Assembly: GCF_009914755.1 (NCBI RefSeq) | Contig: NC_060934.1 | Strand: one strand, 5' to 3' | Source of the DNA: the human T2T-CHM13v2.0 reference genome, Homo sapiens | DNA length: 64,000 nt | Shown here: in pieces, positions 37,386 through 63,099 of the stretch | How the letters are laid out: each line of letters opens with the position of its first letter | Numbering within the stretch: position 1 is the first letter of the stretch | Notes under the pieces: generated by a model | Databases searched by the model: none | What the model saw: only the letters and a program-made list of their open reading frames with translations | What the model was told of the DNA's origin: nothing | Translations under genes and position numbers: made by a program

Positions 37386-38397
37386 CTATCCATTTCAACC
37401 CACTTACAGCCATGCGTGGCCATCACCGCAATCAGGATACAGAAGAGTTCCATTCTCCCCAATAAGCTGTCCTGTGCTTTTCCTCTCTATATCACAGGGT
37501 TTTCTTTCCATGTCGCCATGGGTTTTCGTCCATGTCCTTTGCCACCTGAGTTTTTCTCCCTTCTTCCCAGTCATTTCTGACCACTTGAGCCTTGGAACAA
37601 TCAGGAATGGAGAGTGCCTCTATCCTAGGAGTGAGAAAAGGGAGAGGGAATTAGAGGAGAGGTCTTCTGGGTTGTGGGAATACAGGAACCTTATTCAGAT
37701 CAGATCATGAGGTTTCCAGCCTTCTATCTGGAAGAGTCTCATAGCCAGTTGGGCATTTAATTTAGCTCAACTAAAAATCTCTAATAAAGGTGAGAGGTAT
37801 TAAGCCATCAACAGACATTCACCTGATGCCGCTGGCAATAGTGGCTTATAATTGTGGGACAGCTCAAAACTACAGAACCAGTTGCTTTCAGCATGGAGAC
37901 AACGGGTCTACCATTGTAGAAAATGTGGAGACCACACTTTGACCTCATTAGTACCAACATCTAGCCATACACAGGAATCTGTTTTAATATCACCAGATTA
38001 ACTCACATCAAAACAGTTGCTTTGATTTTTAGGGTCCATTATTATTCCTGTTTTACTGGAAGCTACAATGAAGACTTAAGTGATGGAAGTGTCAACACAA
38101 TAGATTCATGCCTACTAATTCCTGCTGTAGAACCCCTGAGACCAAGATTAGTTTTGAACTGAAGAGTTACAAGTGGGATGCTAGGTCCTCTCACAGCTCA
38201 GTGACCACACACACAAGCACTCGTTTCTTCTGAATCAACTCTTGTAACTCTTCAGTTCCAAACTAATCTTTTGTATCATTCAATTCTACTCCAGTATCAA
38301 AAGCATAATTAGAAGATGTATTTCACCCAGAACTAGAGCAGTTGCTATTGACATTTGTAGCAGTACAGCTTGTGCTCGGCTCCCTGCTCTAATTCTA

Positions 38398-39494
<1,097 letters not shown>

Positions 39495-39631
39495 TTAGTT
39501 CCAGCCACAATACTCCAATTATTAAAATCGAAGTTGAACAATGCTGCCTGTCTATTATGGGGAAGGGCTAGTTATAACATTAGTATGAAGAGCTCTCTAA
39601 TTTAATGTTTTCATTGTGTCCAATCTGTTAG

Positions 39632-40187
<556 letters not shown>

Positions 40188-41285
40188 TAATTTTTTGTAT
40201 TTTTAATAGAGACGAGGTTTAAGTATGTAGCCCAGGCTGGTCTCGAACACCTGACCTCAAGTGATCTGCCCACCTCAGCCTCCTAAAGTGCTGGGATTAT
40301 AGGCATGGGCCACCATACCTGGCTGCTCAAAATGTTTTCACCGATGCAGGATTTTCCCCAGTCAGTATGAACTAATATTGCTTTCATACTCTGCCTCTCA
40401 TTTATTCTTTCTCCTCTAGATATAATCTAAAGGTTTACAATAAAATGTAACCTCTCCAAGGGATAGATCTTGGAATTGAGGGGATCCACTTAAAAAAAAA
40501 AAAGAATGTAAAAATGCAAATAAAAAACGCTAGTGCCTGGCATAGGGCCTTGGGAAATGAAATTTAAGCTTCTTTAGCTTTGTGATAACTCATTTCTGTC
40601 TCCAACATCTGGAAAACGTTAAACATAGTCCATTAGCTGTACAAAAACACTGTTATTGAGATAAGCATACACATGTGCGCACACACACGATTTCACACAT
40701 ACATGCAGGGTCCATAAGATGACACCAGAGGCTGGGCGTAGTGGCTCACACCTGTAATCCCAGCACTTAGGGATGCCGAGGAAGGTGGATTGCTTGAGCT
40801 CAGGAGTTGGAGACCAGCCTGGGTGACATGGAGAAACCCTGTCTTTAGAAAAATACAAAAATTAGCTAGACATGGTGTAGTGCATTTGTAGTCTTAGTTA
40901 CTCTGGAGGCTGAGGTGGGAGGATGGCTTGAGCCCAGGAGTTCAAGGCTGCAGTGAACCAAGATCTCGCCATTGCACTGTAGCCTGGGAAGATGGCCCCA
41001 GACATTACTCTTCCCATTAAGGTTAACCCCTTGACTTCCTGGTCTCCTTCCCTTTTCTCTCCTCCCCTCTATTTATTTTGATTGCCTAGAACCTTGGTGT
41101 AGGGAAGGAGGTGGAATTGCTGGGCTTCTTTTCCAATTTTTAGTTGTGTTAAGCATAGGGTAAATTTTAGGAAACCATAGTAATGTGCAAATACAGGCAC
41201 TCAATAAATTAATGGCAAATTAATTAAATGTATAAGTAACCATGGAATCCAATATATATTTTTTTAACATGAACAGTCCTACTAA

Positions 41286-41471
<186 letters not shown>

Positions 41472-41824
41472 TAAGTAGAAACGGAGTTTCTCCATGTTGG
41501 TCAGGCTGGTCTCGAATTCCCGACCTCAGATGATCCACCCGCCTGGGCCTCCCAATGTGCTGGGATTACAGGCGTGAGCCACCGTGCCCAGCCCAAAGAC
41601 TCTTAAAGATATATTCAGGCTTGAGAAATGTGTTGAAACAAACAACACGACATTCAATAGGGATTGAATGTGATGGCTTGGATTTAGGTTTTAAAAAACT
41701 AAGTAATTGGCTGGGCGCGGTGGCTCATGCCTGTAATCCCAGCACTTTGGGAGGCCGAGGCGGGCGGATCACGAGGTCAGGAAATCGAGACCATCCTGGT
41801 TAACACCGTGAAACCCCGTCTCTA

Positions 41825-42010
<186 letters not shown>

Positions 42011-42166
42011 CTAAGTAATTGGGCCGGGTGCGGTGGCTCACGCCAGTAATCCCGCACTTTGGGAGGGAGACCATCCTGGCTAACACAGTGGAAACCCGTC
42101 TCTACTAAAAAAATACAAAAAAATTTGCCGGGTGTGGTGGCGGGCGCCTGTAGTCCCAGCTCCTCA

Positions 42167-42334
<168 letters not shown>

Positions 42335-42584
42335 TCAACAGAAGCTTTACTAAAAGCCATGAACCTGGCTCCTGAAAGAGGCAATGTCCTGAAAAAAAAA
42401 AAAAAAGTCAACAAACATCGATAAACTTTAGGAGAAAAACACACAGCAAATGACATATTGGTATGATGACAATGTACTTTACACATAGATAGCTAGGAAG
42501 GATGAGAACAGCATATATTTCCAACAATCACTGAAGTAACAGATAAAAATTTAGAGGGTTGGAGATTAAACAAAAATGTGTAGG

Positions 42585-43260
<676 letters not shown>

Positions 43261-43261
43261 T

Positions 43262-43946
<685 letters not shown>

Positions 43947-44715
43947 TTACTTCAAGTGTTTTTCATAATTGTCAATAAACAAATATACATAAAATACCTC
44001 CAAAAAGATAAATGCCTAAGTGTTGCCTCTGGGGAGAACTAGAGAAGTAGGGACACAGAAATGTGTCCTTTAATGTTGTTGTATCTTTAATGTCATGTGA
44101 ATTTTGTGCCATGTTTATGTATCATCAATTTAACATTTATTAATTTTAAAAAGTAGAAGACTTGGGCCTGGCGCGGTGGCTCATGCCTGTAATCCCAGCA
44201 CTTAGGGAGGCCGAGGCGGGTGAATCACGAGGTCAGGAGATGGAGACCATCCTGGCTAACATGGTGAAACCCTGCCTCTACTAAAAATACAAAAAATTAG
44301 CCAGGCGTGGTGGCAGGCGCTTGTGGTCCCAGCAACTCGGGAGGCTGAGGCAGGAGACTGGCATGAACCTGGGAGGAGGAGCTTGCAGTGAGCCTAGATC
44401 GCGCCACTGCACTCCAGCCTGGGCAACAGAGCGAGACTCCATCTCAAAAAAAAAAAAAAAAAAAAAAAAAAAGTAGAAGACCTGGTTCCTACTCTTCCTA
44501 AGTTAATTGCTCCTTTTCTGTGTACTTGTACTCTCTGGGATTATTGCTAATGTGGCACTTATCTGAATTCATTGCAATTATTTAGGCAAGGGAAGAGTTT
44601 GTGAGGTTTTCATGTTGGAAAAATAACATCTTCGCCTTTTGTGAATGGAAAATGGATTAACAAGAGGCCAGAATGGATGCAGGCTGATCAGTTAAGAGGC
44701 TATTGCACCTGCCTA

Positions 44716-45002
<287 letters not shown>

Positions 45003-46775
45003 TTAGACCCTGACTCAAAAAAAAAAAAAGGAAAAAAAGAAAAAAAACACAGTTATTTGGACTAGAATAGTTGTGGGAAAGACAGGGAGAAATGAAAAAT
45101 TTGGGAGATATTTAAATGTCTTTGATATTGGAATTGAGGTAGGAGGAAGTTATCAAAGATAATACCTGTTTCCAGATTTGGGAATGTATTAGCTGTGCAT
45201 GGATTCTTTGGGTCAGATTTGGGAGTGGCTTAGCTGAATAGTTCTTTTTCAGGGTTTCTCATGAGATTTCAGTCAAAGTATTGGCCTGGGCTACAGCCAT
45301 CTGAAGGCTTGACTGTGGTTGGGGGATCCTGCTACCAAACCCACTTACATTACTGTTGGCAGGAGACCTCAGTTCCATGCAGTCCCTGTGGACCTCTCCA
45401 TGGGACTTCCTGGATCTCCTCATAAATTGTTAGCTGTCATACAGAAATCTGATGTTTGCTGAATTAATGTTTTTTAAAAACCTAGCCATTTCTGCTAGGG
45501 ACAGTGGATCATGCCTGTAATCCCAGCACTTTGGGAGGCCGAAGTGGGTGGACCACCTGCGCTCAGGAGTTGGAGAGCAGCCTGGGCAGGATGGCAAAAC
45601 TCTATCTCTACAAAAAATACAAAAGTTAGCCAGGTGTGGTGGTGCACACCTATAGTTCCAGCTACTTGGGAGGCTGAGGTAAGAGGATTGCTTGAGCCTG
45701 GAGGTTGAGGCTCCAGTGAGCCATGTTCGCACCTAGCAGAAATGGTTAGGTTTTTAAGAAACATTTAAAAAATGTTTAGCCTGGGAGACAGAGTGAGACC
45801 CTGTCTCAAAAACAAAACAAAACACAACAAAAAACCTGACCGTCATTTCAACCAGGCAGAATTATACATTTATGCATCCATCAATCTTTCATTCCTTGAT
45901 TGATTACATCATTATTTCATATATATTATGTGCCATGCAATGTTCTAGGTGCTGGGCACAATATTTGTAGGGTCCTTTTCTCAATAAACTTACATTCCAG
46001 TGAGCAGAGACAGATAAAAATCAGGTAAATGAATGACAAAGATAATTTTGTCTAGTAATTAATACTGTAAAGAAAAACAGTATAATTGAATAAAGTGATG
46101 GGGGATACTACATTAGCTAAGGCCATTAGGCAAGGATTTTCTGAGGTGACATTTGCGTTTACACGGCAAGGAGAGGCCAGCCCCACAAACATTTGCAGAA
46201 CAAGATTTCCAAACAGTGGGAGCAGCAAGTGAAAAAGCCTGAAGGATGGATGAGTTAGGTGTGTTTGTGAAATAAAATGAAAGCCAGTGTGATCAGTGCA
46301 TAATGAAAAGGAAGACCAAAGCCAAATCTTGTAGGACTTTATCAACTTTGATAGAGAAGCTCGATTTTATTTCAACCACATGGAAGTCACTGGAGGTTTT
46401 TAAGCATGAATAATGATACAATCTGGTTTGCCATAATTAAAATATCCATAGTGGGCCAGGCATGGTGGCTCACACCTGTAATCTCAGAACTTTGGAAGGC
46501 TGAGGCAGGAGGATTGCTTCAGGCCAGGAGTTCAAGAGCAGCCTGGGCAACATAGTGAGACCCTATCTCCAGACAATAATTGAAAAATTAGCTGGGTGTG
46601 GTGTTGCACACCTGTGGTCTCAGCTACTCGGGAGGCTGAGTTAGGAGGATCACTTGAGCCTGGGAGGTCAAGGCTGCAGTGAGCCTGATTGTGCCATTGC
46701 AACACAGCAAGATTCTGTCTCAGAAACAAAACAAAACAACAAATGAAATAGCCATACTGCTATAGGAACAAGGAG

Positions 46776-47505
<730 letters not shown>

Positions 47506-47793
47506 GAAGTCAAGAATGGAAGTAGCAAGATCAGTTAGGATACTACTGCAGTATCTCAGCAAGAGATGCCAGTGGCTTGGATTAGGATTTTTAGATTAGG
47601 AGTTGTTGGATTAGATAATTATTTTAAAAGTAGCATGCATGGGTTTGCTGCTTCTAAGTGCTAAAAATAAATGACTCAGGGATTATCATCAGTTTTTGGC
47701 CTGAGCAACTTGGTTGCCATTTGCTGAAACAGAGAAAATGGAGAAGCAAGTTTACAGGGAGAACAAGAATTATGAGATTAAATGATTCTTTAA

Positions 47794-47973
<180 letters not shown>

Positions 47974-48303
47974 TAACTAAGATTTTCTATTCATTCTTTT
48001 TATAGAGATGGAGTCTCACTATGTTGCCCAGGCTGGTCTCAAACTCCTGGCCTCAAGCCATCCTCTGCCTTGGTCTCCCAAAATGCTGGGATTACAGGTG
48101 TAAGCCATTGCACCCAGCCAATAATTCTAATTTGAACATATTATGTCTAAAACATATTAGACATTCAGGCCAGGCGTGGTGGCTCACGCCTGTAATACCA
48201 ACACTTTGGGATGCCGAGACGGGTGGATCACTTGAGGTCAGGAGTTCCAGACCAGCCTGGCCAACATGGTGAAAACTGGTCTCTACTAAAAGTGAAAAAA
48301 TTA

Positions 48304-48435
<132 letters not shown>

Positions 48436-48779
48436 CTATTAATTTCCAAAAAACTTTTCATGGTCTCTGATTCAATTCCTACACAGCACAAACTCATAGC
48501 CTACTGTCCAGAGATTGGGAGTGTGGTAGAAGAGGAGTCACTGCTCAACTGTACAAGGGTCTATGTGTAGAGAAGAACCTGAAGGCCTCATTACTCCTTG
48601 TATAAACTCACAACCAAATCCTATTTCAGCTCCTATTTTCTGGTACCTACTTTTACCAGGACTCTTAGAGGTTCTTCAAAGTAAATCAAATTGCTTCTCA
48701 CTGGTCTTCCCTTCTGCACCCTATGTCTACTATTAACTATCATTCTTTTAGTCTTACAAAAATTTGTTGAACTCTCGTC

Positions 48780-54760
<5,981 letters not shown>

Positions 54761-56120
54761 TTCTAAATTTTCATTTCTCTGAAGCTAGAAATCCCAAAGT
54801 TAGAGTTGGCCTTTTTCATTCTAAAGTATGTCTTCAATTCTGGGAAATTCTCAGCAATAATTCTTTCACATGTTCTTTTTTTCCCCTTCTGGAATTTCCA
54901 TTAGAAAAATATTTATGCTTCTACCTTCCACATTTCTTAACTCTCCTTTCATGCTTTCCATTTCTTAGTTCCTTCCTTGCTCTAATCTTCCGGTTCATGA
55001 GTGAACTGTCCAGCTATATTCAACCCATCCATTGAGTTATTTCATTAATATTTGTCAACATCCAATTCACAAATGCTTGTTTGTGCTTTGTGTTTCCAAC
55101 ATTCTCCCTTCTTTCTCTGAAGCTCTATTAAGCTTATTTTCAATTCTTATTGTCTGATCCATTCACTTGACTTTCTCTGGTATAGCTAGTTCTACGTATT
55201 GTTTTAGCAGTTCTCATGGTCCTCAGATGTTTCATGATTTTCCCTCTGTGCTCATACTTATTCCTTGGGACAATCAGCTGCCTTGGCGATCATGTCTACC
55301 TGAGGGAAAGGGAGAAAAGCCTCAATGTTGGTTTGTGCTGCTCCACAAGAGTTTAGGACTTGGGAAAAAGGTATATCTCATGTCAAAGTGCTTCCAGGAT
55401 AATGATCCAGTTAAAGCATTCCCTGTTTTCCCATTTCAGGCATGTCCAGATCATTTCACAATTCCTCTACTCCAGCCACTGCTACTGATGGAGAGGTAAA
55501 GGGAAAGAATAGGGGGACAATGGGGTCCCCAGGCACAGGCTGGCCAATCCACACTCACACACCACACTTCCAAATGTCTTGGCTGGTTCTTTTTTTCTGA
55601 CCTACTCCTTAAAGGTTGATGTTTTCCAATGCTCCTTGCGTGTTCCTTTTATCTAACATTGGATGGAGTCTCTCTGGCTCACATTTTCTTCACCTACACA
55701 TAGCAGCCGAACAAATAACATTCAAAGTTTGTTAAATAATTGTGTAACTGGGAAATTCAAGGGACATTTTCAACCACATTCTCAATCTTGGAGGAGGTAA
55801 GGCTCAGTTTCAGCTTCAAAGTACCTGTTTTCATTGGTTCAGTTATTTTATCTTAAAAAGGAGGTAAATACTAAACAAAGTTAGAAAAAGAATTCTAAAG
55901 GTCCAACTCTCTATTTCTGTGGATCTCCATTTGCACTGTGGAGTTGCTTGAGCCATATAATTTTACCATGTTTATCTCTGGTGGATGTCAGTTAATATTA
56001 AGTGGGTTATGGACTAATTTTAGCTCTCTGTGAAAATCAACACACCCAGATTTTAAAACAAATATTTTGGTACTCATATCTAGGTATACTATAATTTTTA
56101 GGGAGGTTTTAAAATTAATT

Positions 56121-56171
<51 letters not shown>

Positions 56172-56833
56172 TAGAGACAGGGTCTCACTCTGTTATCCAG
56201 GTTACAGTCCAGTGGTGCAAACTCCTAGACCCAAGGGATCCTCCTGCCTCAGCCTTCCGCCTAGCTGGGACTACAGACATGCTACCACATCTGGCTCATT
56301 TTTCTTTTTTTTGGTAAAGATGGGATTTCACTATGTTGCCCAGGCTGATCTCGAACTCCTGGCTTCAAGCAGTCATCCCACTTCGGCCTCCTACCTCAAC
56401 CTGTGTTGAGATTATAGGCACAGGCCACCTTGCCCAGCTCAGGGAGGTTATTTTTTGAAACTCTTTTCCTCAGACTATATTGCTCTCCTAAGCCAGTCTG
56501 AGGTTACTCTTTTGGCTCCACACATTAATATTTATTTCTTATTCTTACCTTTTCAGAACATGGCAAAAAAACGTTTGGCCCCAATTTCTTTGCACAGCCT
56601 AGTATCCAGAAAGAGAGAAAACTGATCATCTATGGGGACTGCATGTATTATCAAGCTATGGTATTCAGATTTATTTTATCATTTAAATGATCATTTCCAA
56701 ATTTTGTATACTAAAAACTCAGATATAGAAGTCCCTGAGTGAATCTGTACACAGAAAGGCTTAGACACAAATACCAAATTAATTGTCATGCCAGGCTGGG
56801 CACAGTGGCTCATGCTTATGATTTCAGCTACTA

Positions 56834-56998
<165 letters not shown>

Positions 56999-57194
56999 CT
57001 AGTCTCTGTTATAAAAAGGTTACATTTTATTTGAAGAAAACAAAGTATCCACATGATGGCACTATAACCTACAAAATAAGAGGTTGTCAATTTATGAAGA
57101 CCAAGAACTTGGTAAATTCTACTTAGAGTACTTACTACTCTAAAATGCTGAAAGGAAATTGCCTAAAGAATGTGCTGAAAAATGGCTGGGCTCA

Positions 57195-57458
<264 letters not shown>

Positions 57459-57740
57459 TCAAAAAAACAACAAAAAAAAGAATGCTGAAAAATAAGGCAT
57501 TTTATATACAAGGTAATATGGATATAATTCCCTTATGTTTTATAGAGACTTACTGGCTAATCCTTCATATCCCTTTCTAAGTTCATTTTTCCATGATTTA
57601 TTTAATAACAGTATCTTAGTCCTAGTGTGAGCACATGACCATGTTGGGAGCTACTTAACGCATTCCCCATAATGTCATGTCTTCCTATAGGCGATTCTAG
57701 CAGGCAATTCAGGAGCTATTAGAGAAAGAGTGTTAACTGA

Positions 57741-57968
<228 letters not shown>

Positions 57969-59158
57969 TAGTAGAGATGGGGTTTCGCCATGTTGGCCAG
58001 GCTGTATGATATGCACTGTATTAAAACCTTTATGTTATTAGCTAATGTATTCTTCTTCACAAACACTTTATGCAGTACTAGGATCCCTGTTCTACAGCTA
58101 AAGAAAACTAGGCTGAGAGAGGCGCTAAGGCCACAGAACAAAAATGTGGCATGGAGCCCTTTTCCAATATGAAATATATTGACAATAACAATCTTCCTCT
58201 TTTCCTCATGCCTTTCTTCTCCCTTAATGAGGCATGGTGGCACATGTCTGTAGTTCCAGCTACTTAGCCAGCTGAGGTGGGAGGATTGCTTGAGCCCGGG
58301 AGGTCGAGGCTACAGTGAACCATGATCGCACTACTGTACTCCAGCCTAGGTGACAGAGTAAGACCCTGTCTCAAAAAAAAAAAAAAAAATAAAAATTAGT
58401 TTAGTTTAACGACTGCAATCTTATAGTTTTAAATAATTCAGGAGCTTGGGTTTTTATTATAATATCCTTTAGTGATAGTTTTAAGTAGTTTCCTGAGTAC
58501 ACAGCACATCAGATTTAGAGGTTTAAGTTTACCAAACTCAAAAACCAAAAGCACGTAAACACACATACACAATGGTATTTCCCATGTTGGAACACAGAAC
58601 TGTTAACTCTCTAATAGAATGAAACATTTTTTGCCAAATGGCAAATCAAAGACATCATAAATCAAGCACATATTATACTTACTTGTTTTTACCTTTCTCA
58701 TATATTTAAATTGGGCACACTATCTTTGTAAGTCTCAAATCCTAAAGTTTGAATAGAAACGGCCTGCATAGAAATGCTTTTAAGGTGAATCAATTTTCTA
58801 GTTTTTCTCTGTATTAAATTAGTAAAATAAAATAGGATAGTCATTTGAAAAATGCTAAATCTTGAGATCTGTGGTCTAGTAGAAAGAGTACAGGGTTAAA
58901 AGTTACAACTTCAGGGTTATAGTCCTAATATTACTATCTACTAGCCAAAGGACGTTTTGAAACCTCTCAGCCTCTACTTTCTAATTTATAAAACAAAGGG
59001 GTTTATTTTGACTTCTAAGTTCTCAGATTTCACACAAGTCAACAAACAAACTTGGCCAAGTCATAAAATAATAATTATAGTTTACATTTATTTAATGCTT
59101 ATTTTGTGCCAGGCACAATGTTCTATATACTTTACATGTATTAATTTAATTCATGTAA

Positions 59159-59404
<246 letters not shown>

Positions 59405-62149
59405 TAGCCAGGCTGTTTGTTCTCAAACTCCTCACCTCAAGTGATCTGCTCACCTCAGCCTCCCAATGTGCTAGAATTATAGGCGTGGGCCACTGTGCCT
59501 GGCCAATATCCCCATTTTAGAGAACCCATCTATATAAAAAAATTAAAAAAATTAGCCAGGCATGGTGGTGCACACCTGTAGTCCTAGCTACTCAGGAGGC
59601 TGAGGTGGGAGGATTGCTTGAGCCTGGGAGGTCAAGACTGCAGTGAGCTGTGACGGCACCACTGCACTCCAGCCAGGGTGACAGAGTGAGATCCGATCTA
59701 CAAACAAGCAAAACATAACAAAAAACAAAACAAAACAAAACAAAACAAAGGACTTCATGCCAAACTTAGTTACACTCTGTCAGCTAATAACATCTCACTG
59801 GTGTTTCTGCTTCAATTAAAATGTCATTTATTTTTAAAATATATAAAGCATTCTTGCAGTACACAATTCAAGAGGCCACCAAAGATAATTCACAGTCTCC
59901 TTTCACTTCTGTTCCTTAAGTTTCAGTCCCTCCTAGTCACTGTAGATTTTCTAAGAGAAATCACATCACCAGAGCTGTATCTAAGGAAAATGAATCAGAC
60001 AGAAATACTTAGGATGAACTATACTGGAAGTACCAGATGGGTAATAGTGGGAATAAAAAAAAAAGGGATGGATGCAAGTTTCTACAGGCAAAAGCAACAG
60101 GACTTAGCATTTAGCATAGGGCCTGGAACATAGCAGGCACTTCAAAATATTTTCTATGTGGCTCCTGAATGACATGAGTAGAAGAATGACCAAAATCGTT
60201 TCAAGGTGTAGAGGCAGGATGACAAGGAGCTGAAAAGTGCCATTAACATTGCTAAAACAACAATAAAAAATCAAGATTCAGGTATGAAAGGGGAAGAAGA
60301 CAAGACATGTAGTTTTGAACCTATGAGTTGGAAATGCTCATGGGCCATGTAAGTGAGAACTGTCAGGTGTTTGGAAATGTGACCTGGTGCTAATGAATGA
60401 AGTTGGAAGCTTTGGGTATAAATTTTAGAATTATCTTTCAAAAAAATTGGGTATGATTAGATAACTAAAGAAAATACTGTTTGAGGACAGTATAGAAGAT
60501 GATGTCCAAGGACAGAAAATTAGTAACTGTCTACATTAGGGAGACAAAGATGAGTGAAACCATGAGAGCCAAGTATCATGAAAATTCAGGAGGGAGACTA
60601 TGTTAAGAAAGTGGCAGGCTTATGCCTGTAATCCCAACACTTTGGGAAGCCGAGGTGGGAGGATCGCTTTAGACTAGGTACTTGAAGCTGAATGAGCTAT
60701 GATTGCACCACTGTACTCTAACCTGGGTGACAGAGCGAGACTCTGCCTCTAAGTAAATACATTTAAAAAATAAGGCAGTAGTCATTGGTAGTATCTGATG
60801 AGGAAAATAGGTCAAGTAGAATGAAAAATGAGAAAAAGTGGTCAGATTTAGTCATCAGAAAGGCGACAGACAAGTGCAATGGCTCATGCCTATAATCCCA
60901 GCACTTTCAGAGGCTAAGGTGGAAGGATTGCTTAAGCCCAGGAGTTCCAGACTAGCCTGGACAAGAGACTCCATGTCTACATATAAAAATAAAAATTAAA
61001 TTAAAAAAAAAAGAGACGGAAGAGGGCAAAAATTTGGCAGGAAATAACAAACAAATGGGTGGTGAAGAAGTGAATACAACCCCTGCCTTGCCTTCTTCTC
61101 TTGAGAAATCTGAAGGTGAGGGGATGGCAAGGGATGGAACAGTAAGCAAATGGGCAAAAAATGAAATGTAAATGTGCAACCCGGAATTGGCAACTCTGTG
61201 GCCTTCCTTATAGGGCTAGCAGTGCCAACAGTTTTCAAGAGGCACGATACTAACACATTTGTAGGGAAAGGAGCCAAGAGGACGAAAAAGGCTGTAGGTA
61301 TGACTCTTGGTAATTGAGCAAGATCTGATATGGGAAAGAAATGACATCTAACTTACAGTTGGATTCGGAGAGGAAAAAGAGGTGCTCCTCCCGACCCAGA
61401 AAGGGAGGGAAAGTTTAAGATATTTTGAAGTGAGGAGGGAATATAAGGGTGTGACTGACAGCCCGTATTTTCTCAGAAAAGTAGGTGACCTAGTTGTCCC
61501 TCCCCAACAGAGAATTAACTATCACCTAGGTGAGGAGCCCCAAAAGCTAGACACTGGACTAACGTAAACATGAGTAGGTTTTTAAGTATTTATCTTATGG
61601 CAGATATTTTTTAAAATCTACAATAATCCTAACAGGTAGGTACTATTTTTCTTCCCATTTAAAAACCTTATGCTTCCCCTAAGAGGATATGACACTTGCC
61701 CACAGCTAACAAGCATACATTTAAACCCAGATCCAACTGCATGGTTTTTAAGTCTATTACATCTTACAGCAAGGGTATAGCAGAGGCCATGAACTGATGG
61801 GCTTGTAAGTATGTGTATCTCACCTCCAGTATTGATCTTTGTAAAAAAACAGATGAACAAAAAAATATGGTTTGTGCTTTCTGAACTTTATAATTAAGAC
61901 TACATACATATGGGAGTAAAATACTGGCAAGAAAGGAAACCGTAGAGCAAATACTTTGCAAATAAGAAATTGCCATTCCTTTGATTCTTTTTGATTCATA
62001 TGAACTCCTGTTACAGAGACAATTGTTGTGGATACATTCCCTTTGACCTACGAAAATTAGATTTGAACAAAGGTTCAGATTGGATTTAGATTAAGTCCTG
62101 CTCAGTGAAAATTATGAAAACACTCTGACACTACAGTAACTGATATGAA

Positions 62150-62557
<408 letters not shown>

Positions 62558-63099
62558 TAGCTAATTTTTGTATTTTTAGTAGAGATGGGGTTTCACCATG
62601 TTGGCCAGGCTGCTCCTGACCTCAGGTGATCTGCCCATGTCTGCCTCCCAAAATGCTGGGATTACAGGCGTGAGCCCCCGGCCGACCTTTCTAATCTAAA
62701 AAAAAAAAAAGAGATGAAGTCTCACTGTGTTCCCTAGGCTGGTCTCCTGGGCTCAAGCGATCCTCCCACCTTGGCCTCCCGAAGTGTTGGGATTACAGGC
62801 CCGAGCCAGCGGGCCCAGCATGCGGACCATTTCCAGTCAAATACTGGGATAAACTGCAATAAATGACCCTAAGAAGCAGGTGAATTGTCTCAGGAGCTCA
62901 AGCTTCTTTTGGAGAAGGACTCAACCAGCTGTGACTGGCTGTGAATATGGAGGAAAAGGGCCACTAGTCAAGGTATGTAGATAGCTTTTAGAAGTCAGAA
63001 GAAGCACGCCTGCAGTCCCAGCTACTCAGGAGGCTGAGGCCGGAGGATCGCTTGAGCCTGGGGAGATAGAGGTTGCAGAGAGCCGAGACCACGCCACTG

